From an uncultured Bacteroidales bacterium (GTDB taxonomy: Bacteria; Bacteroidota; Bacteroidia; Bacteroidales; FEN-979): a stretch of DNA of 64,000 nucleotides. Positions 29,701-39,413 of this stretch are shown one piece after another. Under the pieces are notes generated by a model. The model was given only the letters and a program-made list of their open reading frames with translations. It ran no database searches and was not told the DNA's origin. A program made the position numbers and the translations under genes. The first letter of the stretch is position 1, and each line of letters begins with the position of its first letter. Location: assembly GCA_903959905.1 (NCBI GenBank), contig CAJBYO010000029.1:169518-233517 (forward strand), read 5' to 3'.

Positions 29701-32700
29701 GGCACCGGAAACCCGCTGGGGTGGAATCATGCGAAAGGTGGAGACCACCGATTTTGATGCAACCAACATCCAGTACATTGAATTCTGGATGATGGACCCG
29801 TTCATCTATGATTCTACAAATACCGGGGAACTCTATTTTAACCTTGGCGATGTTTCGGAAGACATCCTTCGCGACGGGCGAAAGAGTTTCGAGAACGGGT
29901 TGCCGACAACCGCGCTGGTGAAAGATGTTGACACCACCATCTGGGGGCGTGTTCCAACCATGCAGGCCCTGGTGGATGCATTTGATAACACCCCGGCCTC
30001 CAGGCCTTTCCAGGATATCGGATATGACGGGTTGTCGGATGTGGAAGAAATTTCCTTCTTTGACACGAGTTATGTCAACGTTGTCAGGAATACATTCGGG
30101 GCGAATTCCGGAGCATATCAGGCAGCTTCCACCGACCCATCTGCGGATGATTTTCACTATTTCAGGGGCTCTGATTACGACAAAAATGCAAACTTCTCAA
30201 GCGTTCTGAACCGGTATAAAAAATACAACGGACCTGAAGGAAACAGCCCGACAGCTTCACAGTCACCGGAAAATTATCCTACAATTGCCACCACCATCCC
30301 CAACATGGAGGACATCAATAAGGACAATACCCTGAGTGAGTCAGAGCGCTATTACCAGTACATTGTCCAGTTGCGCCCGGAGCTCATGAAGCCCGGAAAG
30401 AATTATATCACCAATGTTTACCATGCAATGGATATCCCGCTGGCCGACGGGACACGCGGAAATGTGAACTGGTACCAGTTTAAAATTCCTATCCGCACGC
30501 CGGACCAGACTGTTGGAAATATCAACGATTTCACCTCCATTCGTTTCATGAGGATGTTCTTCAAGAATTTCCCCCGCCCGGTCGTATGCCGCTTTGCCAC
30601 ACTGGAGTTGACCCGTGGCGAGTGGAGGAATTACAACTACAGCCTCCTTGCCCCTGGTGAATACATTCCTGAGGCCACCCAAAACCAGACCCAGTTTGAT
30701 ATTGCTACGGTGAGCCTGGAGGAAAACGGCAGCAAACAACCCGTTCCTTACGTTATGCCTCCGGGTATCCAGCGTGAGACAAACTGGGGATCAACCAACA
30801 TGCAGAAGCTCAACGAGCAATCCATGTCGTTCAAGGTGTGTAACCTCGTTGACGGAGATGCACGGGCCGCCTATAAAACCACTGAATTTGACTTCCGCCA
30901 GTTTAAACGTCTCCAGATGTTTGTTCATGCCGAACAGTCAATCCGTAACGAAAATCTTAAAACCGGCGACCTTACCATCCTGATGCGCATCGGTTCCGAC
31001 TTTACAGACAATTACTATGAGTATGAGATCCCGCTTTCTTTTACCGAGTGGGGAACCCAGGCAGGCAACCCCGACGCCATCTGGCCTGTGGCCAACGAGT
31101 TCAATGTTGACCTTGAGCGGCTTGTGCAGGTGAAGTACAACCGGCTTGTTGCGATGCAGGACAAAGGGTTGGAACTTACATCGTCAACCCCCTATTCGGA
31201 ATATGACGGCAAGAACAGGATTACAGTGGTCGGGTCTCCCACCATCAGTGATGTGAGGGCCATCATGATCGGCATAAGGAACCCCAAGAAGAGCACCCAG
31301 TCGGCCGACGACGACGGCCAGGCGAAGTGCGCAGAGATCTGGGTGGATGAACTGAGGTTGTCAGATTTTAATAAAAACGGTGGCTTTGCTGCCACCGCGC
31401 GTGTTGCTGTTGAACTTGCCGATCTTGGCCGGGTTCAGTTCACCGGCACCTACAGCAGTTCGGGATTCGGAACCCTGGAGCAGAAACAGACCCAGCGCCC
31501 GATGGAGTCGGTACTTACCTTCGGGTTTGATACGGATCTTGAACTGGGTAAATTCTTCCCTGCCAAGGCCGGCATCCGCATCCCGATGCACTTTGACTAT
31601 TCCATGATGCAGATCCGTCCGAAGTACGATCCGCTGAACCCCGACTTATACCTTAAAGATGTGATCAATGCCTTTGACAACAAGCATCAGCAGGATTCAA
31701 TCAAGCAGATCACGGAGGGGTACACGCAGACCAAGAACTTCAACCTGATGAACGTCAGGAAAGACCGTACAGGAACTAAGAAGCCGAGGATTTATGACAT
31801 TGAGAACTTCAATGCCAGCTATGCCTATTCTGAAATTTTCCACCGGGATGTTGACGTTTCCTACGACCTGAAAAAGAAGTACACAGGAGGGCTTGGATAT
31901 ACCTTTGCAGCCCAGCCGAAAAACGTACTGCCTTTCTCCCGGATCAGGGTTTTTAGCAGGTCAAAGGCCTTTGCGCTCATCAAAGATTTTAACTTCTATT
32001 ACCTTCCCAAATCCTTTACCTTCCGGACCGACATGAACCGGGAGTATAATGAAAAGCAGTTCAGGAATAAGAGCCGTGCCATTGTTCCGATGGAGACCTT
32101 CTATATCAAGCGCTGGGACTGGAGCCGTACTTTCGACCTGAAATATGATTTCGCGAAATCGCTCAGGATATCTTTTATTGCCAATACCCAGGCATTTGTG
32201 AATGAGCCCCCGGGCCAGATTGACCGTTCAAACCGTGACCAGGTTTGGAGTGAACTTTTCGCCTTCGGAACAAAAAACAACTATAACCAGGGAATGAATA
32301 TTACATGGGATGTCCCGATCGGGAAAATCCCGATGCTTGACTTCATCACGGTGCAGGCAGGATATGCGTCAACATACCGCTGGAACGCATCCCCCACATC
32401 CATCCAGGCACAATACGGCAACTCCATAGAAAACTCAAACTCCCAGACACTGAATGGTGGTTTGAACATGGTGACCCTGTACAACAAAATACCGTATCTT
32501 AAGAAGATCAACCAGGCCACTACCAGCAACCGGGGCAACAGGCCGGAGCCACCAAAGAACAAGAATGTGGATAAGCAGGACAGCATTAAACTGCTGCCAA
32601 ACCGTCCGCCGATCGGGAAAATCATCCTTGACGGAACCCTGCGGTTCCTCATGGGTATCAGAACTGCCAAGTTTACCTATACCCAGGGCAACGGAACCAC

Positions 32701-33997
32701 GCTGCCCGGATTCAAACCCGAACCGGTTGCCCTTGGAAACAACTGGAGTTCCAATGCTCCGGGTCTTGGATTTGTCTTTGGCGGCCAGAGCGATATTGCA
32801 CGCACCTCATCTGAAAACGGATGGCTCACCCGCGACACTATGCTGAATGTGCCGACCCTCAGAAAGTTCAATGAGAACCTGAACATTATGGTGAGTATAG
32901 AACCGTTAAAGGACCTTCGCATTGAGGTGGTTGCCAACAAGCAGTACTCAAAATCTCACCAGGAATATTACAAGGCTAATTCTGATGGTAATTTCAGGTC
33001 TTATTCGCCTATGGATCAAGGCAGTTACACGGTTTCTTTTATCATCATAGGCAGTTCGTTTGACAGTGACAACGGTTTCGGGCAATCGCCGACATTTGAA
33101 AAAATGAAGCAATACCGGTACCAGATTGCGCAACGGTATGCTGCCGCCAACCCGAATTCTGTCGGGATCAACGACTCAACCGGCTACCCGGTGGGGTACG
33201 GGCCAACAAACCAGGAGGTGCTTACATCGGCCTTCCTGGCAGCCTATGCCAATAAGGATCCGGCGAAGATGAAGCTCACAGCATTCCCCTCCATCCCTTT
33301 ACCTAACTGGAGGTTAACCTATGACGGACTTGCCAAACTTAAGATATTCAAAACATGGCTGCGCACCCTCACGGTGACCCATGCTTACCTCTCTACCTAC
33401 AGTGTTGGCAATTTTAACTCCAATATTCTATATGGCGAGCAAAACGGTATGCCGGTTGTTATGGACAATGCAGGAAACTACATCCCGAAGGAACAAACAA
33501 CCGTGGTTTCTGTTACTGAACAGTTTAACCCCCTGATCAAGTTCGACCTCGGGTTCCTCAACAGTCTGCTTGCCAGCGTTGAACTAAAGCGGTCGCGGAA
33601 TCTTTCACTCAGCTTTGTCAACAACCAGTTGACGGAGATCAGCAGCAATGAATTTATCATTGGCATGGGCTACAGGCTCAAGGGAATCCGGTTTAATATC
33701 TCCGGTGTTCTGGGGGGTGGCAAAAAGACCCGTACCAACAGCGATCTCAACCTGAAACTTGATTTCTCAATCCGCAAGAATAAAACTGTTCTCCGCCGTG
33801 TTGACCAGGATATCAACCAGATATCAGTTGGCCAGCAGGTAATGACACTCAATTTCTCGGCTGATTACAACCTGAGCACCCGGTTCAATGTCAGGTTCTA
33901 TTTTGACAAGGTGATCAATACACCTTACGTGTCAAACCAGTACCGGACATCCAATACAAAGGGTGGTATTGCGTTGCGGTTTACATTGGGGCAGTAA
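26747..33997 (+). CDS. sprA: T9SS outer-membrane translocon / cell surface protein SprA
   Basis: About 2,410 aa with a signal-like (M/V)KKKNLYALLCLAVLV. The size, beta-rich composition and ruvA-sprA-gcvH neighbourhood match what I recall for SprA in Bacteroidota. The real start may be the GTG at 26759 rather than the TTG at 26747. I could not run an alignment. Confidence 0.85.
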   Translation: MLDLVKKKNLYALLCLAVLVTLRIPVFSGETAGNFVMDGIFVMSAPDSLKKGDPGSLRYPFSDETVMPGSGKENPMYLKNPANIKTVVEYDPVSRQYYYTYRIGETVYRIPTTMSFDEFQNEDMQTMINRYWKERSEAATMDNSKGIIPKIRIPGKVFETIFGNNTVDIRPQGSAEIDFGIVSNRRDDPMLSTRQRRQTNFDFNEKIQMNVVAKIGDKIEFKINYNTEATFDFENKLKLKYEGKEDDIIQLIEAGDVNLPLNTTLIKGTESLFGVKTKLRFGRLTVTALYSQQKSETKNIVVQGNAQTQKFTIRADDYEENKHFFIGQNFRTTFREATKKLPVITSNVNILKIEVWVTNIGAAVTENRNIIAFMDLGESKPYNTRLFTGDPNRKFPSNNSNNLFPVLMPTAVDTAKVRNINTVSSYLTGSPFFMTPGEDVVKIESARKLLPSEFSYNPKLGFISLNTALNSDQTLAIAYQYQVVGDPVVYQVGEFSDQGIISPNCLVVKLLKSPSLNTRVPTWNLMMKNVYALGAYQLQPADFTLNILYSGNANGVPTAYLSEGRIKGVPLVRVLNLDNLNQQMNPPGDGMFDFIDNATTQGGTVQSSNGRIFFTVLEPFGQDLRDSIFDPANPKASLEMADKYCFDSLYTMTKSMARQYPDKNKFVLDGFYKSSAGSEISLNSLNVPPGSVKVTAGGVLLQENVHYTVDYTLGRVRIINEGILASGTPINISLESNEMFNVQTKRLMGAHLDYKINKDFVVGATILNLNERPLTQKVNYGDEPMSNTIWGLNLSYRTQSRLITRFVDALPFITTKAPSSVAVDFEFAQFIPGHSKSIGKAGTTYIDDFEGAKSTIDLKNISNWYLSSTPQGQTTSRMFPEAAAGSGLTYGYNRAKLAWYIIDPLFYDKNTTLLPPNVSNRELSNQYVRQVWETEIFPNKQPLNGVPVNLAVLNMAYYPSERGSYNYDIKPTSVSRGLNADGTLAAPETRWGGIMRKVETTDFDATNIQYIEFWMMDPFIYDSTNTGELYFNLGDVSEDILRDGRKSFENGLPTTALVKDVDTTIWGRVPTMQALVDAFDNTPASRPFQDIGYDGLSDVEEISFFDTSYVNVVRNTFGANSGAYQAASTDPSADDFHYFRGSDYDKNANFSSVLNRYKKYNGPEGNSPTASQSPENYPTIATTIPNMEDINKDNTLSESERYYQYIVQLRPELMKPGKNYITNVYHAMDIPLADGTRGNVNWYQFKIPIRTPDQTVGNINDFTSIRFMRMFFKNFPRPVVCRFATLELTRGEWRNYNYSLLAPGEYIPEATQNQTQFDIATVSLEENGSKQPVPYVMPPGIQRETNWGSTNMQKLNEQSMSFKVCNLVDGDARAAYKTTEFDFRQFKRLQMFVHAEQSIRNENLKTGDLTILMRIGSDFTDNYYEYEIPLSFTEWGTQAGNPDAIWPVANEFNVDLERLVQVKYNRLVAMQDKGLELTSSTPYSEYDGKNRITVVGSPTISDVRAIMIGIRNPKKSTQSADDDGQAKCAEIWVDELRLSDFNKNGGFAATARVAVELADLGRVQFTGTYSSSGFGTLEQKQTQRPMESVLTFGFDTDLELGKFFPAKAGIRIPMHFDYSMMQIRPKYDPLNPDLYLKDVINAFDNKHQQDSIKQITEGYTQTKNFNLMNVRKDRTGTKKPRIYDIENFNASYAYSEIFHRDVDVSYDLKKKYTGGLGYTFAAQPKNVLPFSRIRVFSRSKAFALIKDFNFYYLPKSFTFRTDMNREYNEKQFRNKSRAIVPMETFYIKRWDWSRTFDLKYDFAKSLRISFIANTQAFVNEPPGQIDRSNRDQVWSELFAFGTKNNYNQGMNITWDVPIGKIPMLDFITVQAGYASTYRWNASPTSIQAQYGNSIENSNSQTLNGGLNMVTLYNKIPYLKKINQATTSNRGNRPEPPKNKNVDKQDSIKLLPNRPPIGKIILDGTLRFLMGIRTAKFTYTQGNGTTLPGFKPEPVALGNNWSSNAPGLGFVFGGQSDIARTSSENGWLTRDTMLNVPTLRKFNENLNIMVSIEPLKDLRIEVVANKQYSKSHQEYYKANSDGNFRSYSPMDQGSYTVSFIIIGSSFDSDNGFGQSPTFEKMKQYRYQIAQRYAAANPNSVGINDSTGYPVGYGPTNQEVLTSAFLAAYANKDPAKMKLTAFPSIPLPNWRLTYDGLAKLKIFKTWLRTLTVTHAYLSTYSVGNFNSNILYGEQNGMPVVMDNAGNYIPKEQTTVVSVTEQFNPLIKFDLGFLNSLLASVELKRSRNLSLSFVNNQLTEISSNEFIIGMGYRLKGIRFNISGVLGGGKKTRTNSDLNLKLDFSIRKNKTVLRRVDQDINQISVGQQVMTLNFSADYNLSTRFNVRFYFDKVINTPYVSNQYRTSNTKGGIALRFTLGQ

Positions 33998-34140
33998 AAA
34001 TTTCTCGCAGATTTTCGCAGATTTTTCACGCAGATTTGAGCAGATTTTTTATCTTCCTGAAAACAAGAAATTCCCTTAATAAATCATTTTTTTTCTGCGA
34101 AAATCTGCGTGAAAAATCTGCGAAAATCTGCGAGAAATTT
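33998..34140. repeat. Perfect 38-bp inverted repeat built from about 11-bp TCGCAGATTTT units, 67-nt spacer
   Basis: Left arm 33998-34035 is aaatttctcgcagattttcgcagatttttcacgcagat. Right arm 34103-34140 is its exact reverse complement. The left arm starts on the base after the sprA TAA (33995-97). Confidence 0.9.
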
Positions 34141-34187
34141 TTCCCTGATCTCCGTGAAAAATTTAACATACATTCCCAAAATAATCG

Positions 34188-34195
34188 TAATTTTG
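34188..34195 (+). promoter_or_regulatory. -7 box (TAnnTTTG) upstream of gcvH
   Basis: taattttg lies 25 nt upstream of the ATG at 34220. Confidence 0.45.
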
Positions 34196-34219
34196 AACAA
34201 ACATTAAAATACGATCTCT

Positions 34220-34600
34220 ATGAATATTCCAGCTAATCTCAAGTACACAGAGGACCACGAATGGTTGAAAGTTGAAGGCGAAGTAGCAATTATCGGGATT
34301 ACCGACCATGCCCAGCATGAGTTGGGCGACATCGTTTTCATTGAAGTTGAAACTGTTGGTGAAACACTTGACTCACATGAGACCTTTGGTACCATTGAGG
34401 CCGTAAAAACTGTTTCCGATATGTTCATGCCTGTTGGTGGAGAGGTTCTGGAATTCAATGATCTGCTTACCACGAACCCTGAAGTGATCAACCAGGACCC
34501 TTATGAAAAAGGATGGGTGATCAAGGTCAGGATGACCGACGCCGGCGAAATGTCGGGGTTGCTTGATGCCGCCCAGTATAAAGCGCTTATCGGAGGCTGA
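34220..34600 (+). CDS. gcvH: Glycine cleavage system protein H
   Basis: Lipoyl-lysine motif [10 protein letters not shown]; [12 protein letters not shown]; 126 aa. Confidence 0.93.
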   Translation: MNIPANLKYTEDHEWLKVEGEVAIIGITDHAQHELGDIVFIEVETVGETLDSHETFGTIEAVKTVSDMFMPVGGEVLEFNDLLTTNPEVINQDPYEKGWVIKVRMTDAGEMSGLLDAAQYKALIGG

Positions 34601-34656
34601 TAAACTACCAGAATATTACATCCCTGAGAATTTTCCTGGCATATAACCGATGGCCG

Positions 34657-35001
34657 GTGCTGTGGGCATTGTTCATCATTCTGATCACCTTATGGCCTGG
34701 TACATACTTTCCCAGGATGCCTCATTTCCTTGACCTTTTCCAGCCTGATAAATTAATTCACCTTGGTGTTTTCGGGGTGTATGTCTTCCTTCAGATCAGG
34801 GGGCTCGTATCACAGCCGGTTTATCCGTCGCTGAGAAAAAATGCAGTGGGCATTGCTTTCCTTTCCGGGTTTTTCCTTGCAGGAGGTACTGAATTGCTGC
34901 AGGGGTGCTGTATCCCGATGAGAACTGGTTCGGTGTACGATTTCATCGCCAACATGGCCGGGTGCACCACAGGATGGCTTATCGGCCGGCGACAACGCTA
35001 A
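34657..35001 (+). CDS. VanZ-like family membrane protein
   Basis: Small 4-TM protein with DKLIHLGVFGVYVFL, typical of VanZ-like proteins. The start is uncertain: GTG at 34657, and the frame stays open further upstream without an ATG. Confidence 0.6.
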   Translation: MLWALFIILITLWPGTYFPRMPHFLDLFQPDKLIHLGVFGVYVFLQIRGLVSQPVYPSLRKNAVGIAFLSGFFLAGGTELLQGCCIPMRTGSVYDFIANMAGCTTGWLIGRRQR

Positions 35002-36830
35002 CTTTCCCGCTTTGTTTCTTCCCGGAAATGGTTGTAAACCACCGATCCCTTCGACTGGCCGATCACTTTTTGTATTTCATCCAGGGAAGCAAGTTTGATG
35101 TTTTTTACCGACTTGAACTTCCAGAGCAGTTTTTGGTTGATGTTGTACCCGATCCCGGGGATTTCCATCAGCTGGGGCGACATGGTTGCCTTTTCCCGGC
35201 GGCGGCGGTGGTGGGTGATCCCGAAGCGGTGGGCCTCGTCACGCATCTGCTGGATGATCCTGAGTGTCTCCGATTTTTTATCGAGGTACATGGGAAGGGA
35301 GTCGTTGGGATAATAGATCTCCTCCAGTTTTTTTGCGATCCCGATCACAGTCATTTTGCCTGTAAGCCCCAGTTTGTCCAGACTTTTCAGGGCTGCACTC
35401 AGCTGGCCCTTACCTCCGTCAACAATGATGAGCTGGGGCAGCGGTTTCTCCTCTTCCAGCAGTCGCTTGTACCTGCGATAGATGATCTCTTCCATGGAGG
35501 CGAAATCATTCGCACCTTCAACAGTTTTAATGTTGAAATGGCGGTATTCGCTTTTATCTGCCCGTGCATTTTTGAAGCACACCATGGCTGCGACAGGACT
35601 GGTTCCCTGGATGTTTGAGTTGTCAAAGCACTCAATATGAACAGGCAGCTCGGTCATCCGGAGGTCGGTCATCATGGTGTCGAGGATGCGTTTTGACTTG
35701 TGTTCCGGATCAACAAGTTCCTTTTGTTTTTCACGTTCAAGCTGGTAGTATTTCACGTTCCGCTCGGAAAGTTCAAGCAGCTTCTTCTTGTCGCCGATCC
35801 TGGGTACCGTAAAATTCAATGACGGGATTTCATAGTCCATCACAAAAGGAACAATGATCTCAGGCGAGACACTTTCAAACCGCTGCCTGATTTCGGTGAT
35901 GGCAAGGGCAAGCAGCTCCTCCGGCGTTTCATCCAGTTTTTTGATCATCTCAATCGTATGAACCTGGATGATTGCGCCGTTCATTACTTTCATGAAGTTT
36001 ACATATGCATGCAGCCCGTTGACTGATATTGAAAACACGTCCACATTGTTGATGGTGGGGCTCACCACGGTTGATTTGCTCTGGTATTTGTCGAGTAATG
36101 CCAGCTTTTCCTTCACGATGTGTGCCTTTTCAAATTCCTGGATGGCCGCATAATTCATCATGAGTTCCCTGAGCTGCTTCGCAACAGTTGTAATGTTGCC
36201 TTTGATGATATCCTTGATGGCAGAAATTGACCTGTCATAATCTTCTGCCGACTGGTGTCCTTCACACGGACCCTTGCAATTGCCGATATGGTATTCAAGG
36301 CAAACCCTGAACTTCCCGGTGCGGATATTCTTATCAGAGAGAACGAGCGAGCAATTGCGGAGCGGGTAAAGCTGCCTGCTTAATTCCAGGAGTGTGTGCA
36401 TCAGCCGCACATTGGCATAAGGGCCAAAATAGGTGGATCCGTCGCGGATGACATGCCTGGTGGGGAAAATCCGGGGAAAAGGTTCATTTTTTATACAGAT
36501 CCACGGAAAGGTTTTATCATCTTTCAGTGCAACATTATAGTGCGGCTGGTATTTTTTAATGAGGTTGTTTTCAAGCAGCAATGCGTCCTGCTCGGTTTCC
36601 ACCACTATGTATTTTATGTCTGCAATCTTCCTGACCAGCATCTGCACTTTGCCGCTGATGGAGTTGATCTTGGCAAAATACGAGCTCACGCGTTTCCTCA
36701 GGTCTTTCGCTTTCCCCACATAAATAATCTTGCCCTTCTCGTCAAAATACTGATAAACCCCCGGTTTGTGGGGCAGGTTTTTAACAATGGGTTCAAGTTG
36801 GGAGAAGTATTTATTCAGCGAATTTGCCAC
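34998..36830 (-). CDS. uvrC: Excinuclease ABC subunit C
   Basis: GIY-YIG N-terminus (PGVYQYFDEKGKIIYVGKAKDLRKRVSSYF); UvrB-interacting and endonuclease regions; C-terminal HhH; GTG start at 36830. Confidence 0.95.
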   Translation of the reverse strand: MANSLNKYFSQLEPIVKNLPHKPGVYQYFDEKGKIIYVGKAKDLRKRVSSYFAKINSISGKVQMLVRKIADIKYIVVETEQDALLLENNLIKKYQPHYNVALKDDKTFPWICIKNEPFPRIFPTRHVIRDGSTYFGPYANVRLMHTLLELSRQLYPLRNCSLVLSDKNIRTGKFRVCLEYHIGNCKGPCEGHQSAEDYDRSISAIKDIIKGNITTVAKQLRELMMNYAAIQEFEKAHIVKEKLALLDKYQSKSTVVSPTINNVDVFSISVNGLHAYVNFMKVMNGAIIQVHTIEMIKKLDETPEELLALAITEIRQRFESVSPEIIVPFVMDYEIPSLNFTVPRIGDKKKLLELSERNVKYYQLEREKQKELVDPEHKSKRILDTMMTDLRMTELPVHIECFDNSNIQGTSPVAAMVCFKNARADKSEYRHFNIKTVEGANDFASMEEIIYRRYKRLLEEEKPLPQLIIVDGGKGQLSAALKSLDKLGLTGKMTVIGIAKKLEEIYYPNDSLPMYLDKKSETLRIIQQMRDEAHRFGITHHRRRREKATMSPQLMEIPGIGYNINQKLLWKFKSVKNIKLASLDEIQKVIGQSKGSVVYNHFREETKRES

Positions 36831-36853
36831 AGTGCTTACCGGTTTCTTTTTGG

Positions 36854-36861
36854 CAAAGATA
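36854..36861 (-). promoter_or_regulatory. -7 box (TAnnTTTG) upstream of uvrC
   Basis: The minus strand reads tatctttg, 24 nt upstream of the GTG start. Confidence 0.45.
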
Positions 36862-36880
36862 TTTGAATTTTGCCTGATGG

Positions 36881-39298
36881 CTATCTGTCCATCCCGTTAT
36901 CAAATTCAAACTTTGAATCTTTGGTTTTCTTGCCGTTGCTGCCGAAGTTGAATACCGCCCCGACATAGATCACCCGGGCATCACGCCGGCGCAGGGATTC
37001 CTGGACGAGTACAGGCGTGTTGACCGAGGTTTTCATTGACTGTGTATTGAAAAGGTCGGATACGGTTAACAACAGCGAGACTTTCTTCTTCCACAGATCC
37101 TGCCTGAATCCCAGGTTGGCCACCCAGGTTGGCTCACGCATCCCCTGGGCTGTAAGTGCTGCCGACCTGTACTGTGCGTTAAGCTGAAAGATTGTGGTAC
37201 GGGTGATGTTGAACGATGCATTCAGCTTTGCATTCCAGGAGAAGGCAGTTTTATGTTCGCTGTAACCGATATTGGAGGCATCCATTTCACTGTAAAAACC
37301 GGATGCACTGAAATTAAGGTTCATGATCTTTTTGAATTGCCAGGTCCCGCTCAGGTCAAGCCCGGCCGACTGGTCGGTGGCGAGGTTGTCGATGGTTGTA
37401 ACGAGCACCGAGTCATTCAGGCTGTTTGTCACCATGGCGAATCCGTTCACTTTTTTACGGTAAAACAGGGTAGGTATAAATGTGAAATTATCCGGTTTGA
37501 AAGCATAACCGAACTCGAGCGAATGAATATCTTCCGGCAGCAGATCGGGGTTGCCGACGAAAATATTCCGCGGGTCGCGGTATTCAGGTACCGGGTTCAT
37601 GTCCTCCCCGTCGGGACGGTTTACCCTGCGGCTGTAATTGAGCTGCCATTCATTTTTCCCGGAGGCGAGGCTCAGGTGGATCGTTGGATAAAGTGCAAAA
37701 TAGTTGGTATTGGTTGTCGTGTCAAGAGTTTTGAATTCCAGGTAGACCAGGGCTTCTTCAGCACGCAGGCCCAGCATCGCACTGAATTTCTTCCATTGGC
37801 CGGTTACGGTGGCATAGGCTGCATGTACCGATAACCTCGAATAAAAGTCATTGGTCTGGGTCCCGTCGGCGATCCACTGCTGCGATTCATCCGACCAGTG
37901 CCCAACATTCAGCAACTGGCTGGTGAGTTGCATATTGCCTTCATACCCGGCTTCCAGTTGCGCATCTTTCCATAGCGGCCGGCTGTAGTTTACAGAGAGG
38001 TTGATGTTCTGCTCATTGTTTTTTCCGAAAGTGGTATCTCTGGCGTCGGGCAGGGCAGGCAATGTATAGAAATTGGTGTATAGATGGTGCTCTGTTTCGG
38101 CATCACCCTGGTACTCAAAGTCAATCTTTAGCTGATGTTCGGTTTCACGGTTAAAAGTGTGTTCGTAATAGGCTTTCATGCCGAGGCTGGTTTCCTGGTC
38201 TATCCCGTCATGGTTTCTTGTGAATATTTCGGTTGGCTGCTGAACCGAATCTTTGTAGGTGTTGTCCGTAATATCGTCCCGGTTTACCTTACGGTAGTTG
38301 AACGTGCCTGATATTCCTGCTCCGTCTTTGTTTGAAGGTGTCCAGTCAATACCCAGCTGACCCAGATGCGACAGGGGTTTGGCATATCCTTCGGAAGTCT
38401 GAACCAGGTATGATGAATAACCGGTGGCCGTGTCAATGGTTTGCGAATGGAGGTCGCTGGTCCTTTTTCGGTAATCCTGCCGGAAGCCATAGCTGCCAAA
38501 AAGATTGACTTTGCCTGTATTCATATTCAGCTGCAGGTTCCCGTTGTAACGGTCATTTGAACCAACATTGGCCCCGATGATCCCATTGAATCCTGCTTTC
38601 TTCTCTTTTTTAAGGATGATGTTGATAATGCCGCCGGCACCGTCGGGCTTGTATTTGGCAGACGGGTTGGTGATTACCTCAATTTTTTCGATCAGGGAGG
38701 CTGGCATCTGTTCCAGGTTGGCTGCTCCGGCCATTACAGAAGGCCTTCCATTGATGAGCACAGTCACGTTGCCCGATCCCCGGAGGCTGATGTTCCCGTC
38801 CATGTCAACAGATACCGACGGGATCGTTTGCAGGATATCAGTAACCGTGCCGGTTTGCGCCTGGATATCTTTCTGGACGTTGAAAACCTTCCTGTCAATT
38901 TTGTTGATCATCATCGATTTTTCAGCGGTGATGTTCACCTCATTCATCGTAATGGCTGAGACCCCCAGTTTCAGTGTGCCCATGTCGGCTTTCGGGGATT
39001 TCTTTGAAATGACAACCGGCCCGGAGCGTTGTTTTTCGTAGCCGATAAAACTGTATTCAACCAGGTATATGCCAACGGGAACATTGGTGATCTTAAAGAG
39101 TCCGTTACTGTCGGAGATCATCCCGGTGACCATTTTTTTTGTCAGCGTGTCGAGGAGGATCATGTTGGCGTATTCAACAGGTTTAAGGCTATGGGCATCT
39201 ATCACCCTGCCGGTGACAACGCCGGTGAATTTCGTTTGAGAAAGTAATGGAAACTGGAAAATCAGGAATAGAAAGGGGATGAGAACTAAACGTGGCAT
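36881..39298 (-). CDS. TonB-dependent-receptor-like outer membrane beta-barrel protein with CarboxypepD_reg-like N-domain
   Basis: Signal peptide; GVVTGRVID....PVEYANMILLD...SDSNGLFKI.NVPVGIYLVEYSFIGYEK; plug-like DILQTIPSVSVDMDGNISLRGSGNVTVLINGRPS; long beta-barrel. Confidence 0.75.
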   Translation of the reverse strand: MPRLVLIPFLFLIFQFPLLSQTKFTGVVTGRVIDAHSLKPVEYANMILLDTLTKKMVTGMISDSNGLFKITNVPVGIYLVEYSFIGYEKQRSGPVVISKKSPKADMGTLKLGVSAITMNEVNITAEKSMMINKIDRKVFNVQKDIQAQTGTVTDILQTIPSVSVDMDGNISLRGSGNVTVLINGRPSVMAGAANLEQMPASLIEKIEVITNPSAKYKPDGAGGIINIILKKEKKAGFNGIIGANVGSNDRYNGNLQLNMNTGKVNLFGSYGFRQDYRKRTSDLHSQTIDTATGYSSYLVQTSEGYAKPLSHLGQLGIDWTPSNKDGAGISGTFNYRKVNRDDITDNTYKDSVQQPTEIFTRNHDGIDQETSLGMKAYYEHTFNRETEHQLKIDFEYQGDAETEHHLYTNFYTLPALPDARDTTFGKNNEQNINLSVNYSRPLWKDAQLEAGYEGNMQLTSQLLNVGHWSDESQQWIADGTQTNDFYSRLSVHAAYATVTGQWKKFSAMLGLRAEEALVYLEFKTLDTTTNTNYFALYPTIHLSLASGKNEWQLNYSRRVNRPDGEDMNPVPEYRDPRNIFVGNPDLLPEDIHSLEFGYAFKPDNFTFIPTLFYRKKVNGFAMVTNSLNDSVLVTTIDNLATDQSAGLDLSGTWQFKKIMNLNFSASGFYSEMDASNIGYSEHKTAFSWNAKLNASFNITRTTIFQLNAQYRSAALTAQGMREPTWVANLGFRQDLWKKKVSLLLTVSDLFNTQSMKTSVNTPVLVQESLRRRDARVIYVGAVFNFGSNGKKTKDSKFEFDNGMDR

Positions 39299-39362
39299 AT
39301 ATTAGGCAAATCGAGAAATGAAGAATAGTGACAGCAGTGTCTGGTCAGCAGAAATCAAGGTG

Positions 39363-39370
39363 CAAAACTA
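39363..39370 (-). promoter_or_regulatory. -7 box (TAnnTTTG) upstream of the TonB-dependent-receptor-like gene
   Basis: The minus strand reads tagttttg, about 65 nt upstream of the ATG at 39298. Confidence 0.4.
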
Positions 39371-39413
39371 AGAAAAAACGGCTTAAAAATATGCCTTTCG
39401 GCTACCTGGCTGC

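Noticed and set aside
34036-34236. 66-aa ORF across the sprA-gcvH inverted repeat
   Set aside because: It lies inside the 38-bp inverted-repeat structure and runs over the gcvH -7 box and start. It has low-complexity sequence.
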